NCBI GenBank assembly: GCA_963827235.1
Contig: CAWHAE010000016.1
Coordinates: forward strand, 352,001-416,000
Direction of reading: 5' to 3'
DNA length: 64,000 nt
DNA from: an uncultured bacterium
GTDB taxonomy: Bacteria > Chloroflexota > UBA5177 > JANWHV01
The notes below the pieces were generated by a model. The model did not search any database, had not been told where the DNA came from, and was given only the letters and a program-made list of their open reading frames with translations. Below are positions 54,709 through 64,000 of the stretch, in pieces (within the stretch, counting starts at the first letter, position 1; each line of letters begins with the position of its first letter). The translations under genes and the position numbers were made by a program.

Positions 54709-55245
54709 TCAGTTCGGCTGCGTGAGCATCTCCTGGTAGACGAAGGTTGGCCCATTGGGACTGCGCGTGTCTATGGCGATGCCGATGTCGCTGTCGCCGG
54801 TTGAGTACTCGGTGTACAGGTAGTTCGCCGCGTACGGATCGAGGGCGTCGCCGATGGCAAATGCGGCGGGGAGGTTCTGGAGCGCCTCGGGCGCCTTTGC
54901 CGGCAAGATCGTCTGCGCCTGGTCGAGGAATCCACCCACCTGGTGCGTGTAGCCGCTAAGTGCGGTTCGATAGAAGTGAATGAGCTGGACCGGCGTGTCT
55001 TTCGATCGGTAGAGCGCCGTCTGCAACACGAAGTTACCCTGCAACATGTCGGTCTCCGACCGTTGGGCGAGTATGGTAGCGCTCGGTGGCGCCGCGGGTA
55101 ACGGTGGCGGGTTCCCGGATGTGTTGCTCAGCCATACGGAGTATCCGGCGCCCGCCAAGATCACCAGCAAGGCGAACCCGCCGACCCAGACTCCCAGAAA
55201 GCGGTTGCGGCTTCGAACCGCGGAAATCTCCAGTGTGCCTATCAC
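54709..55245 (-). CDS. Hypothetical membrane-anchored protein
   Basis: N-terminal TM helix, Pro-rich linker, YRSKDTPVQLIHFY. Confidence 0.7.
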   Translation of the reverse strand: MIGTLEISAVRSRNRFLGVWVGGFALLVILAGAGYSVWLSNTSGNPPPLPAAPPSATILAQRSETDMLQGNFVLQTALYRSKDTPVQLIHFYRTALSGYTHQVGGFLDQAQTILPAKAPEALQNLPAAFAIGDALDPYAANYLYTEYSTGDSDIGIAIDTRSPNGPTFVYQEMLTQPN

Positions 55246-55651
55246 CTGCCGACCTCGAACTTCGTTCCAGCATCACGGGGTCCGGATGACCGCCGGCCGG
55301 CGGTCTCCGGACCCCGCACCCAGCACCGCGCTGTCCACTTCGAATATGCCTGAAAACGGCATGGATCTGCTACCCAGGGAAAGTCATTCAAGGTGCCTGA
55401 AGGCAAATGAGCGAGCCTAGCATGGCCAGAGCTCGACGCGCATACCATGCATATCACAGATATCGTCGCGGCAACACTCGCGAGCCCGCGGCCATCCAGG
55501 CGCCGGGGCGCTACCGCCCCAGACGTGCGGCGATGAGCTATCGCGGCACGCGGAACAGTGGCGCCGAGCGCTGCTCCGCGTCGGCGCCAGCTAGTCGCGC
55601 CGTGAGGCGATCCCACACTTGTTCTGGCCAACAGCGTTGCTGCGCGGGCGC

Positions 55652-56653
55652 CTATGAAGCGGGCGCGATGAGCGGCTGCTCCAGGTAGAACTCATGCTCG
55701 TAGAGATCGGCGACGCGCTCGAGCTCGTCGATGCTCAGGTCCGGCGTGTCCGGGGCCGCGGCAAACTCGAGCAGCTGCACACGGTCGTAGATGTTTGGGA
55801 GCGTCGACGAGACTATGGGATCCGCCAGCAGCCATTTCAGTGCAGCCTGGCCGAGCGTGCGATCGCCTCCGGCCTCCAGGAACCGGAGCTGTTCCACTTT
55901 CTTGAGCCCATCGATCAGCCACTGTCGCGGTCGGTGGCGCCGATGGTCGTTGGGGCCGAAGGTGGTGTCCTCGGTATACCTGCCCTCCAGCAGGCCGCTC
56001 GAGTGAGTGACCCGGATGAGCAGGCCGCAGCCGGTCGTACGCGCTTCGTCTGCCAGCGACTGTCCGGGCTGCTGCTCCAACAGGTTATAGATCATATGCA
56101 GTGCCGTGAGTCTCCGGGTTCGCAGCGCGGCCAGGCCCTCGTCGAGCCAGCCGATGGCCGGTCCAAGGGCGACTCCGTACGAGCGGATGGTCCCTTCCTG
56201 CACCAGATCCTCGAGCAAGGCAAAGAGATCGTCGCGCTGTACCTCCGATAGCCGGGCGTTGTGTAGCTGGTAGTTGTCGATGTAGCCGGTCTGCAGCCGC
56301 TTGAGGCTCCCCTCCACGGCGCGGCGCACGAATGATGGCGACACGTCCTTGGGTAGCTCGCGCTGACCAAGCCGTTCACCGCCATAGCCCTGCCAGTCGT
56401 AGCCGAACTTGGTGGCGACGACGATGTCGCCGCGCTTGTCCTTCAGGGCGCTAGCCAGCAGCGTCTCGCCCAGACCGTTGCCATAGGTATCCGCGGTGTC
56501 GAACAGAGTGATACCAAGATTGAAGGCTTCGCGCAGCAGTTGAACGGCGGTGGCTTCGTCCGGGGACTCCCACCAGCCCGTGGCTAGAGTCCAGAGTCCG
56601 AAACCCACCTCCGAGACGCTGATTCCGCTGGTGCCGAGCTTGCGATAATGCAC
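55652..56653 (-). CDS. Aldo/keto reductase
   Basis: YRKLGTSG..SEVGFG, FDTADTYG, ATKFG, SLKRLQTGYIDNYQLH, YNLL. Confidence 0.95.
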   Translation of the reverse strand: MHYRKLGTSGISVSEVGFGLWTLATGWWESPDEATAVQLLREAFNLGITLFDTADTYGNGLGETLLASALKDKRGDIVVATKFGYDWQGYGGERLGQRELPKDVSPSFVRRAVEGSLKRLQTGYIDNYQLHNARLSEVQRDDLFALLEDLVQEGTIRSYGVALGPAIGWLDEGLAALRTRRLTALHMIYNLLEQQPGQSLADEARTTGCGLLIRVTHSSGLLEGRYTEDTTFGPNDHRRHRPRQWLIDGLKKVEQLRFLEAGGDRTLGQAALKWLLADPIVSSTLPNIYDRVQLLEFAAAPDTPDLSIDELERVADLYEHEFYLEQPLIAPAS

Positions 56654-56766
56654 GGGTGTTCCTCCAGTCGCCCCTGAACACCGAGACATGGGCGAGGCAG
56701 CCGATTCGTACACTAGAAAGGTGCCACCAGCGGCCATGTTGGGCAATGCCGCGCCTAGATCGCAGA

Positions 56767-56800
56767 GACAGCCCCATCGCATGCAAGTGATGGGGCTGTC
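56767..56800 (-). terminator. Hairpin directly after the tmRNA 3' end
   Basis: GACAGCCCCATC / GATGGGGCTGTC. Confidence 0.7.
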
Positions 56801-56801
56801 A

Positions 56802-57158
56802 TGGTGGAGATGGGGGCGAATCGAACGCCCCGTCCAGAAAAGGACCAACAAGCGCGTCTACGATGCGTAGCCCGTAGTTGAATCTCGCGCCCTGACTACC
56901 CTACCGGCGAAGTTCCAGGGCACCAGCCTGTGCGCTCACTCCGGTCTTACAGACTTGGGACCGGCAGCCTCCCCGGCTAAATCACGCCCTGCACCGGCCC
57001 GTCGGGGTGGGGCCGGCCGGACGGCTCTACTGACTAGGCAGCGAGAGCGAGTTCGGTGTTGTTGTTGCCGTTTATAGGCGTGCCACCTGATTAACGAGGC
57101 GATGGCACCTCGGCACGCAGCGCTTGCCTCTCCTCCCCTGTCGAAACCTAACATCCCC
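56802..57158 (-). ncRNA. ssrA: tmRNA
   Basis: 5' GGGGATGTTAGGTTTCGAC, 3' TTCGATTCGCCCCCATCTCCACCA with G3-U pair; tag reading frame GNNNTELALAA*; promoter TTGGAT-17-TACAAT at 57221-57193. Confidence 0.97.
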
Positions 57159-57418
57159 AATCGCGCAGGGCGCATAGACGCTCTACCTATCCATTGTAGC
57201 GCGGCCGCCGTGCACATCCAACAGGACCACACAAGTGCGTCCCGCACCTGGGGCGCGGAAGCCAGTCAGACTGCCAGGTTCGCGCAAAGCTTGGCTTCAC
57301 CTGGTAGCTGCCCTGGTTCCCTGGAACAGGCTCCCCGCCAAAGGAGACGGCCCGCCGCCCCATGCGGGAGCAGCCGCCGGCCGCTAACCGGCTGCAGGTG
57401 ACTTGCATTGGCAGATCT

Positions 57419-58114
57419 CTACAGCACGATCCGCGCTGCCTGGTAGGCAAAGGAAACCGCAAATGCGAGCAGGACTAGAGCCGAGAGCATGCCGACGAGG
57501 TCGAGAATGACCGGCAGGCGTGACGCCGCTGCACGAGCGGTCCACACCAACCCGGCGAGGATCGTAAACCATGCCGCGCTGCCCGCGCCGATTCCCAGCA
57601 AGATTGCCAGGCCAATCGGGATGGCCACGGCGTGGAGATTGACGGCCACGAACGCACCGCCCAGGGTAAGCCACGACGTGATGGTCGCCGGATTGACCAC
57701 GGTGATGGAGATGCCGAGCGCCAGGGCAGGCCGCCAGCCGGCCGCTAGCTCTGGATCGGTCGCGGAATCAGGCAAGATGGCCGCTCCTTCCCCCGGCCCG
57801 CGCCGCCTGGCATGCACACTGCGCAGTGCCCCTATTGCCATCCTGCCCAGCACGCATGCCCCGATGGCGTAGAGAAAGACCGGCAGCCACGTCAGGTAGG
57901 CGATCGCGGGCCCGAGACCGGCATACGTCACAAGGATGTAGGCGTAGTCGGTCACGGCTGCTCCCATGCCAATCCAGAAGGCGGTTGCAGCGCCGCGATC
58001 GAGTCCCAGGCGTATAGCCGTGATGCCTGTGGGCCCGACCGGTGCCGCCACCGCAAAGCCGAGCACCATGGCGCCGCCGAATCGGGCAAGAACCGTCAGC
58101 ATGATATGCCTCAA
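57419..58114 (-). CDS. LysE-family translocator
   Basis: LGFAVAAPVGP, GAAVTD, ITVVNP; about six TM helices. Confidence 0.9.
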   Translation of the reverse strand: MRHIMLTVLARFGGAMVLGFAVAAPVGPTGITAIRLGLDRGAATAFWIGMGAAVTDYAYILVTYAGLGPAIAYLTWLPVFLYAIGACVLGRMAIGALRSVHARRRGPGEGAAILPDSATDPELAAGWRPALALGISITVVNPATITSWLTLGGAFVAVNLHAVAIPIGLAILLGIGAGSAAWFTILAGLVWTARAAASRLPVILDLVGMLSALVLLAFAVSFAYQAARIVL

Positions 58115-58584
58115 GTCCCGCCGGTCAGGTGGCTGAGTGGGACCACGACGGATTCCTTCACCGTCTTCAGCACGACCGTCGTGTAGGTACGCAGCACACC
58201 TGGAACGGCCTTGATCTCGTCACCGACGATCCGGTCCAGGTCGTCGGTCCCGGCACATCGCACCTTCAGCAGATAGTCGTGCTCGCCTGCAATGTGATGG
58301 CATTCCTGAATCTCTTCGAGACGAGCAATACAGGCCAGGAAGTCCGAGCGATGGACGGGTGCATCCAGCGTGACATGCACAAAGGCGCTAAGACCGCAGC
58401 CAACCGCTCGCGGATCGACAAGAGCGGCATAGCCCCGAATGGTGCCGTCCTCCTCTAGTCGCCGGACCCTGTCGGCCACCGCGGGAGCGGACATGTCCAG
58501 CTTCTGCGACAGATCGGCCCACGTCGTCCGGCCGTTACCCATCAGTGTCTCGAGGATGGTCTTCGTTGCTTCACCACGCTGCAA
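58111..58584 (-). CDS. Lrp/AsnC-family transcriptional regulator
   Basis: SAPAVADRVRRLEEDGTIRGY, CHHIAGEHDYLLKV; GGGGAGGAG RBS before TTG 58584. Confidence 0.93.
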   Translation of the reverse strand: MQRGEATKTILETLMGNGRTTWADLSQKLDMSAPAVADRVRRLEEDGTIRGYAALVDPRAVGCGLSAFVHVTLDAPVHRSDFLACIARLEEIQECHHIAGEHDYLLKVRCAGTDDLDRIVGDEIKAVPGVLRTYTTVVLKTVKESVVVPLSHLTGGT

Positions 58585-58964
58585 TGTTCTCCTCCCCTTC
58601 GCCACAGCGGACTCTCCGCGCTTCGCAGAGCTACCGATCCTCACTTACTGAGTATTCTATAGCTATTCACATTCGATTACAACGCTCGCTATCGATCTGT
58701 CATTGTATTCGAAGGATCTCCGCCGTTCGGGTGCGGGGGTTAGGCGGGGCGCCGAGAGCGAGATGCTCGCTTCACAGTGCGCGGGTCGCGGGTCGCGTGT
58801 ACGAAGCGAGATCAGGGCAGGAAGCTGCCACGTTGGCCGGCGAGCGCCCCGATAGTACATATTGCCCCGCTGTGGTAGATTTGTGTCACATCGGCCTGCC
58901 AGCAGCCGGCGTGTCGTATGCGACTTGCGAGTTGCGCGTTATGAGGCTGGTGAATGGAAGGCAT

Positions 58965-59351
58965 ATGGCTGAGAGATCGCGGCACGCCAAGCCTTTGACC
59001 GAAGAGCAGCTACAGTCACTCCGGCAGCGCCTGGAAGGAGAGCGCGACCGCCTCAGAGGCAAGATCGCCACGGCCTCGAAGGCTCGTACCGAACAGGGGA
59101 TGCTGGACCCACTCCTGAGCGATCCCGAAGACTTCGGTGAGATGGCGCAGGACATTACACTCGAGGAGACCGAGGCGGCGCTGTCGGCGAACGATAGTCA
59201 GCTGCTCTCCAAGATCGAGCACGCGTTGCAGCGAGTGTACGGCGGCACCTATGGGTACAGCGAGGCGACCGGCCTTCCTATTCCCTTTGAGCGCCTAGAG
59301 GCGCTGCCCTGGGCCACCACCAACATCGGCGAGCCTGCTTCGCGGCCGTGA
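58965..59351 (+). CDS. DksA/TraR-family protein lacking the C4 zinc finger
   Basis: Coiled coil, IEHALQRVYGGTYGYSEATGLPIPFERLEALPWAT; no cysteines. Confidence 0.88.
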   Translation: MAERSRHAKPLTEEQLQSLRQRLEGERDRLRGKIATASKARTEQGMLDPLLSDPEDFGEMAQDITLEETEAALSANDSQLLSKIEHALQRVYGGTYGYSEATGLPIPFERLEALPWATTNIGEPASRP

Positions 59352-59498
59352 CTAGCTCTCTCCTCCGTCTCGTTGGCGACGTGCCGACTTCTCGGCCTGA
59401 TTCGACGACGAGCCGCCGATCAGTAGGCCGGGGCGCGACGGTATCATCTTCGAGGGGTCATGGTCCGTTGCAGGCCTGCCAAGATGAGGTGGAGAAGG

Positions 59499-60815
59499 AT
59501 GGGAAGAGAAGAGGGCCGTACTGCCATTCTGGGCGCCGGCTTGCTGGGACTGACGCTTGCCTACAGACTGACTCGTCGCGGCCACGATGTCACCGTCATG
59601 GAGCGTGAAAGTCTAGCCGGTGGGCTTGCGGCGGGCTTCCCGGTCGCCGCGAACCCGGACGGCTCGTCAATCTACCTGGACAAGTTCTACCATCATCTGT
59701 TCCGAGCCGATCACGCGGTGATCGGCCTGATTGATGAGCTGGGTCTTTCCGAGCGGCTTGTCTGGCTGTCACCAAGCTCATGCATCCTGCGGGATGGCAA
59801 GATCTACCGCATGGACGGTGCCCTACCGCTCCTTATGCTCGAGGCCCTGCCTTTCATAGACCGCCTGCGGCTTGGGGCAGTGATGGCGTATCTCAAGGTC
59901 GAGAAGGTCTACCAGCGGCTGGAGCACACGACGGTCCGGCAGTGGCTCACCACCTGGGCCGGCCCGAAGGCGTACGGGGTCTTCGCCGAGCCGTTGCTAC
60001 GGCAGAAGTTCGGCGAGTTCAGCGACGAGATCGCCATGCCTTGGTTCTGGTCCCGCGTCCACTTGCGCAGCTCGTCGCTCGGCTACATGCTGGGAGGCTT
60101 CCAGGTGCTCTACGACACTCTGGTCAAGGCCGTCGAGGCTGGAGGCGGGCATGTCCGGCTTGGCTCGCCCGTAACCGCGATCGAGCCCCTGAGTGACGGG
60201 GCGCTACGCGTAACGACTCCCGAGGGTGCGGAGAGGTTCGAACGGGTTGTCTCCACGTTGCCTGCCGGGGTTACTATTGGCTTGACCCCGAGCATGCCCA
60301 GAGAATTCGCCACGCGCTATGGCAACAGCAGGGCGCTCGGCGCACACTGCTTGATCCTTGAGCTCGACAGGCAGCTCACGCACCACTACTGGATCGCCAT
60401 CAACGACCCCGGCTACCCGTTTCTCGCCGTGGTGGAGCACACAAACTACATTCCTCCCGAGCGATACCAGGGTAAGCATCTCGTATACGTGGGCAATTAC
60501 TTGCCGATGTCCCACCCGCTGTACACAAAGTCGGCGCAGCAGCTTCTCGACGAGTTCCTGCCTTACTTGAGGCACATCAACCCGGATCTCGACGCTTCGT
60601 GGGTGAAGAACGCGCATTCGTTTGCTGCACCATACGCTCAGCCCGTGGTAACGATGGATTTCAAGCAGTCGATTGCGCCCCACGTGACGCCGATCGCTAA
60701 TCTCTACATGGCCAACATGTTCCAGATCTATCCGCAGGATCGTGGACAGAATTACAGCGTGGCAATGGCCGATCGGCTCCTGCGCATCATGGATCGGGTG
60801 GAGTCGAGGCGCTAG
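59499..60815 (+). CDS. FAD-dependent oxidoreductase (amine oxidase/protoporphyrinogen oxidase-like)
   Basis: ILGAGLLGL, GGLA, DKFYHHLF, YAQP, YPQDRGQNY. Confidence 0.88.
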   Translation: MGREEGRTAILGAGLLGLTLAYRLTRRGHDVTVMERESLAGGLAAGFPVAANPDGSSIYLDKFYHHLFRADHAVIGLIDELGLSERLVWLSPSSCILRDGKIYRMDGALPLLMLEALPFIDRLRLGAVMAYLKVEKVYQRLEHTTVRQWLTTWAGPKAYGVFAEPLLRQKFGEFSDEIAMPWFWSRVHLRSSSLGYMLGGFQVLYDTLVKAVEAGGGHVRLGSPVTAIEPLSDGALRVTTPEGAERFERVVSTLPAGVTIGLTPSMPREFATRYGNSRALGAHCLILELDRQLTHHYWIAINDPGYPFLAVVEHTNYIPPERYQGKHLVYVGNYLPMSHPLYTKSAQQLLDEFLPYLRHINPDLDASWVKNAHSFAAPYAQPVVTMDFKQSIAPHVTPIANLYMANMFQIYPQDRGQNYSVAMADRLLRIMDRVESRR

Positions 60816-61600
60816 CGCAGACCGTCGTCCACGTCCTGATTCTGCGCCAGGTCCGGAGACGCGGATGCACTTAGGATGATGTCCACGATCTCGCGTGCGC
60901 TATCCGTGACGCGGAGCAAGCGGAGGTCCTCGTCTGCCACCATATTCTGCGTGAGCACCGTGCCCTGGATCCAGTCCAGCAGACCCTTCCAGTATGAAGA
61001 GCCGTACAGCACGACGGGGAAGTTACGCACCTTTCGCGTCTGGATGAGCACCAGTGATTCGAAGAGCTCGTCGAGGGTACCGAAGCCTCCGGGAAAGATC
61101 ACAAACGCCTGTGCGTACTTCACGAACATGGTCTTGCGAACCATGAAGTAGTGGAAGTTGATCGGTACCGTCACGTAGCGGTTGATGCCCTGCTCGAACG
61201 GCAGCTCGATGTTGCAGCCCACGCTGGTAGCATCTGCTTCGAAGGCCCCGCGGTTGGCCGCTTCCATAATGCCGGGCCCGCCGCCGCTGATGATGGCAAA
61301 GCCGGCCCGGCCCAGCAGGCTCGCTGTCTCGCGCGCCGCCTCGTAGTAAGGGCTTCCCTCAGGCGAGCGTGCCGAGCCGAAGAACGTGACCGCTGGCCCG
61401 ATGTGGGCCAGCGTGTCGAACCCTTCGACGAACTCTCCGGTTATTCTGAGCACTCTCCACGGGTCGGTGTGCGTGAAGTCGGCCTCGTCCAACCGGGCGA
61501 CGGGGCTAGCAAGGAGCCGCTCGTCTTCCGTGACCAGTCCGAGGCGGGCGGCACGATTGAGAGCCGGGTTCGGTTTCATGTGATTGATCGGTCCGGACAT
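60812..61600 (-). CDS. LOG-family (TIGR00730) nucleotide phosphoribohydrolase
   Basis: VTFFGSAR, GGGPGIMEA, RKTMF, PGGFGTLDE. Confidence 0.93.
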   Translation of the reverse strand: MSGPINHMKPNPALNRAARLGLVTEDERLLASPVARLDEADFTHTDPWRVLRITGEFVEGFDTLAHIGPAVTFFGSARSPEGSPYYEAARETASLLGRAGFAIISGGGPGIMEAANRGAFEADATSVGCNIELPFEQGINRYVTVPINFHYFMVRKTMFVKYAQAFVIFPGGFGTLDELFESLVLIQTRKVRNFPVVLYGSSYWKGLLDWIQGTVLTQNMVADEDLRLLRVTDSAREIVDIILSASASPDLAQNQDVDDGLR

Positions 61601-61730
61601 GGTTATTTCACTGCTTTTCCTGTAGGTACCGCGGTGGCCCTTCGGGCGCCGTACAGCCGCCAGTGATTGTCTGTACGCTCCCAAGAATACTCGAGCCCGA
61701 GGAGCCGCGGAAATGACACGTTTGGCGGGC

Positions 61731-62699
61731 TCAGCCTTGCCCGGCCGTCAAATCTGGGCGTACCGCCACCACCACGATGGTGACGAACTGGTCGCCCTTA
61801 TGGAAGCTGCCATGATGGCGGAGCCCGGCGCCGGCAATCCTGAGCACGGCGCGGTCCCGCGTATTGGCAGGGATGCGCAGCATTCGGGGACCGCGCAGGG
61901 TCGGCACCTCGAGCGCACACCCGGCATTCGCGTCTTCGGCGCTGACGGGCAAGCTGATCAGTATGTCGATGCCGGTCCGTGTGAACACGGGGTCGGGCCG
62001 CACGGCAACGCGGACCAAAAGATCGCCGCGCGGTCCATTGCGCGGACCGCAGTCGCCTTCGCCTTTCAGCACGAGGGCCTGCCCGTCTTCGACGGCAGGT
62101 GGCACGGCTACGATGAGTGCGGTAAGGCCCTGAAGCCTGCCGCGGCCGTAGCAGTTGGGGCAGGGGGGCTCACCGCGCACGCCGCTGCCTTTGCAGGCGC
62201 TGCATTCGCCGGCACCACTTCTGGTGCCGCCCGTACCGTTGCACACCTCGCAGCGCGTGCTCGTACCGCCCTCGGCGGCGCCTCGGCCAAGGCAGGCTGC
62301 GCAGACCTCTCGGCGCGGCACCTGCACGCGGGTGTCCACTCCGAAAGCAGCCTCGCGAAGAGAGAGAAATAACGTCACCTCGACGTCGGCGCCGCGCATG
62401 ACGCCGCGGCTCACGGCCACCGTGCGTCCCAGGCTCGGGCTCTTCGCCACGACGCCGGGAGGGGGCCTGCGCGACGCATCGTAGGCGCGCCGGCGCTCGG
62501 GATCGCTCAGCACCGCATACGCCTGGGCGACTGCCACGAACCGTTCGGCCGCTTGCTGTGAATGATTGAAATCGGGATGCAGGATGCGCGCCAGCGACCG
62601 GAAAGCGCCACGAACCTCAAGCTGGTCGGCGTTCGGCGCCACCCCGAGCACGTCGTAGAGGTTCGCATCTGCAGATACGGTGTTCGCACTCATAGTCAT
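61731..62699 (-). CDS. DnaJ-like chaperone
   Basis: J domain with HPD, four CxxCxGxG repeats, C-terminal GDLLV and GDQFV. Confidence 0.9.
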   Translation of the reverse strand: MTMSANTVSADANLYDVLGVAPNADQLEVRGAFRSLARILHPDFNHSQQAAERFVAVAQAYAVLSDPERRRAYDASRRPPPGVVAKSPSLGRTVAVSRGVMRGADVEVTLFLSLREAAFGVDTRVQVPRREVCAACLGRGAAEGGTSTRCEVCNGTGGTRSGAGECSACKGSGVRGEPPCPNCYGRGRLQGLTALIVAVPPAVEDGQALVLKGEGDCGPRNGPRGDLLVRVAVRPDPVFTRTGIDILISLPVSAEDANAGCALEVPTLRGPRMLRIPANTRDRAVLRIAGAGLRHHGSFHKGDQFVTIVVVAVRPDLTAGQG

Positions 62700-62898
62700 T
62701 ATTCAGTGTACCGGGAGCATCTCGCCCATGCCGGTAGTGGCATCCTGCATATAGAACATAGTCTCTATTTTCTCCCCGCCTATTGCTTCCCGAACGGAAT
62801 AGCGCTATTCTAGCTCCGTGCTGCGTGTCCGGCACATGCGCAGGTTCAAGGTCATAGTAGTGACTGGCAGAGACGTATCGTAGGCAAGAGGAGGCAAG

Positions 62899-63753
62899 AT
62901 GGCGGGAACGACGGGATGGAAACGTTTCTTGCAAAGCGCACTTCTCGTAGCACCGTTCACTGCCTTCAGCCACATACCGATCAACGCCTCGGCTGCCGCA
63001 TCCGGTGATTCCGCGGTCGTTTCTTGTCCCTCTGTGCCGTGGTCTGGTGCGTCTGTCGTTCAGGCCGGACATCCCTACATTTCTGTCGCCTTTGAGGCGC
63101 TGGCACGCGATCGGCAGCGATACGCCGGATTGGGTGCCTTGCATCGCAGCCTTACCCTGAGCGCGGTCGCCGAGGCGCATTCCGCGTACATGGCGTCGAT
63201 AAGCAGCTGGTCGGACGGCGATCCCTCCGGAACCGTTCTCGCGCGAGTGCGCGCTGCCGGCGTTGATGCATCCTACGCCGGCCAGAACGTGGTCACTGCC
63301 AACGGTGACACGGTGCAGCATGCCGTCCAGAATGGGGAGGCGTTCTTCGCCCGCGAAGCTGGCACTGGCGGCCCCCACTGGGACAACATCACGAATCCCG
63401 ACCACCATTACGTCGGCATGGGGATCGCGCTTCTGGGCACCGCAGGCGACTATACAATCTACCTCACGCAAGTCTTCGCCGACGCAGGTGGCTGTGAGGC
63501 CGATACCCAGTCCAATACTGCCAGCACGTCCGCTGCCGCGTATGGTGGCACGCCGCGCGTCGGCAGTGTCGTGGTCGTGGGTACCGATTATCTGAGCCTG
63601 CGCACGGAGCCGGCGGGCACGCTCATCGAGACACTGCGCGCCACCCAATCGGTCAAGGTTGTCTCCATACAGGGCGATTGGGTGCAGGTCGAGGTGCTCG
63701 ACGACCAGATGTATGGATGGGTTTACGCCCCCCTGCTCGGCCAAACAACCTAA
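62899..63753 (+). CDS. Secreted CAP/SCP-domain protein with C-terminal SH3
   Basis: Signal peptide; AEAHSAYMA, GQNV, HWDNI..VGMGIA..YLTQVF; LSLRTEP..GWV. Confidence 0.85.
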   Translation: MAGTTGWKRFLQSALLVAPFTAFSHIPINASAAASGDSAVVSCPSVPWSGASVVQAGHPYISVAFEALARDRQRYAGLGALHRSLTLSAVAEAHSAYMASISSWSDGDPSGTVLARVRAAGVDASYAGQNVVTANGDTVQHAVQNGEAFFAREAGTGGPHWDNITNPDHHYVGMGIALLGTAGDYTIYLTQVFADAGGCEADTQSNTASTSAAAYGGTPRVGSVVVVGTDYLSLRTEPAGTLIETLRATQSVKVVSIQGDWVQVEVLDDQMYGWVYAPLLGQTT

Positions 63754-63858
63754 CGACAGCTGCGCCTTTTTCCCACCGTGCTGGTCCGCGCCGTGGCTCC
63801 GCGTTCATGCCACGGTTGCGTTCGTTGCCGCCCGACGAACTCAGGCTGTCCAAGTAGC

Positions 63859-64000
63859 TCAGGACTCCAGCAGACGCAGGACCAGACCCGTGGCAGGCTT
63901 GGGATAGAAGTATGTCGACTTCTGAGGCATCACGGCGCCCGCCCGCGCCACGCTGAGCAGCTGTGCAACGGGCGTGGCGGCGAGAAACAGCGCTAATTGT
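63859..64000 (-). CDS. DUF1015-family protein, 3' end only
   Basis: Manual translation ..[27 protein letters not shown]. Confidence 0.85.
   Translation of the reverse strand, partial: QLALFLAATPVAQLLSVARAGAVMPQKSTYFYPKPATGLVLRLLES

Noticed and set aside
55242-55631. 129-aa ORF between the aldo/keto reductase and the hypothetical gene
   Set aside because: Arg/Ala/Gly-rich and no recognisable motif; the GTGA overlap alone is not enough support.
62753-62766. LexA-like box AGAACATAGTCTCT upstream of the dnaJ-like gene
   Set aside because: Two mismatches in the GTTC half-site, and no better copies noticed at pcrA, priA or the sbcD-like gene.

Overview
GC-rich bacterial chromosome segment, probably Chloroflexota (inferred from gene content and protein families, not from a database search). 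It is mostly housekeeping: pcrA, aroH, tRNA-Gln(CUG), glgP, an infC homologue, a caa3-type cytochrome c oxidase operon (ctaC-D-E-B plus TlpA; ctaA about 20 kb away), gluQ, RNase P RNA, topA, a sigma-70 factor, an SbcD/YhaO-YhaN-like pair, pyrG, priA, smpB, tmRNA, a DksA-like gene, a DnaJ-like gene and several envelope enzymes. I found no integrase, transposase, prophage or CRISPR array. Five genes carry frameshifts (ABC ATPase, S1 protein, glgP, gluQ, priA), most likely assembly indel errors. The main leads are: (1) a full-length Mre11/SbcD homologue that has lost almost all metal ligands, coupled to a membrane-spanning SMC-like ATPase; (2) a divergent, GTG-started IF3 outside the rpmI-rplT operon, coupled to a CxxC-x17-CxxC zinc-ribbon gene behind a ~100-nt leader hairpin; (3) a candidate uORF/terminator attenuator upstream of the MBL-pyrG-priA operon; (4) a zinc-free DksA homologue and several unannotated small proteins.
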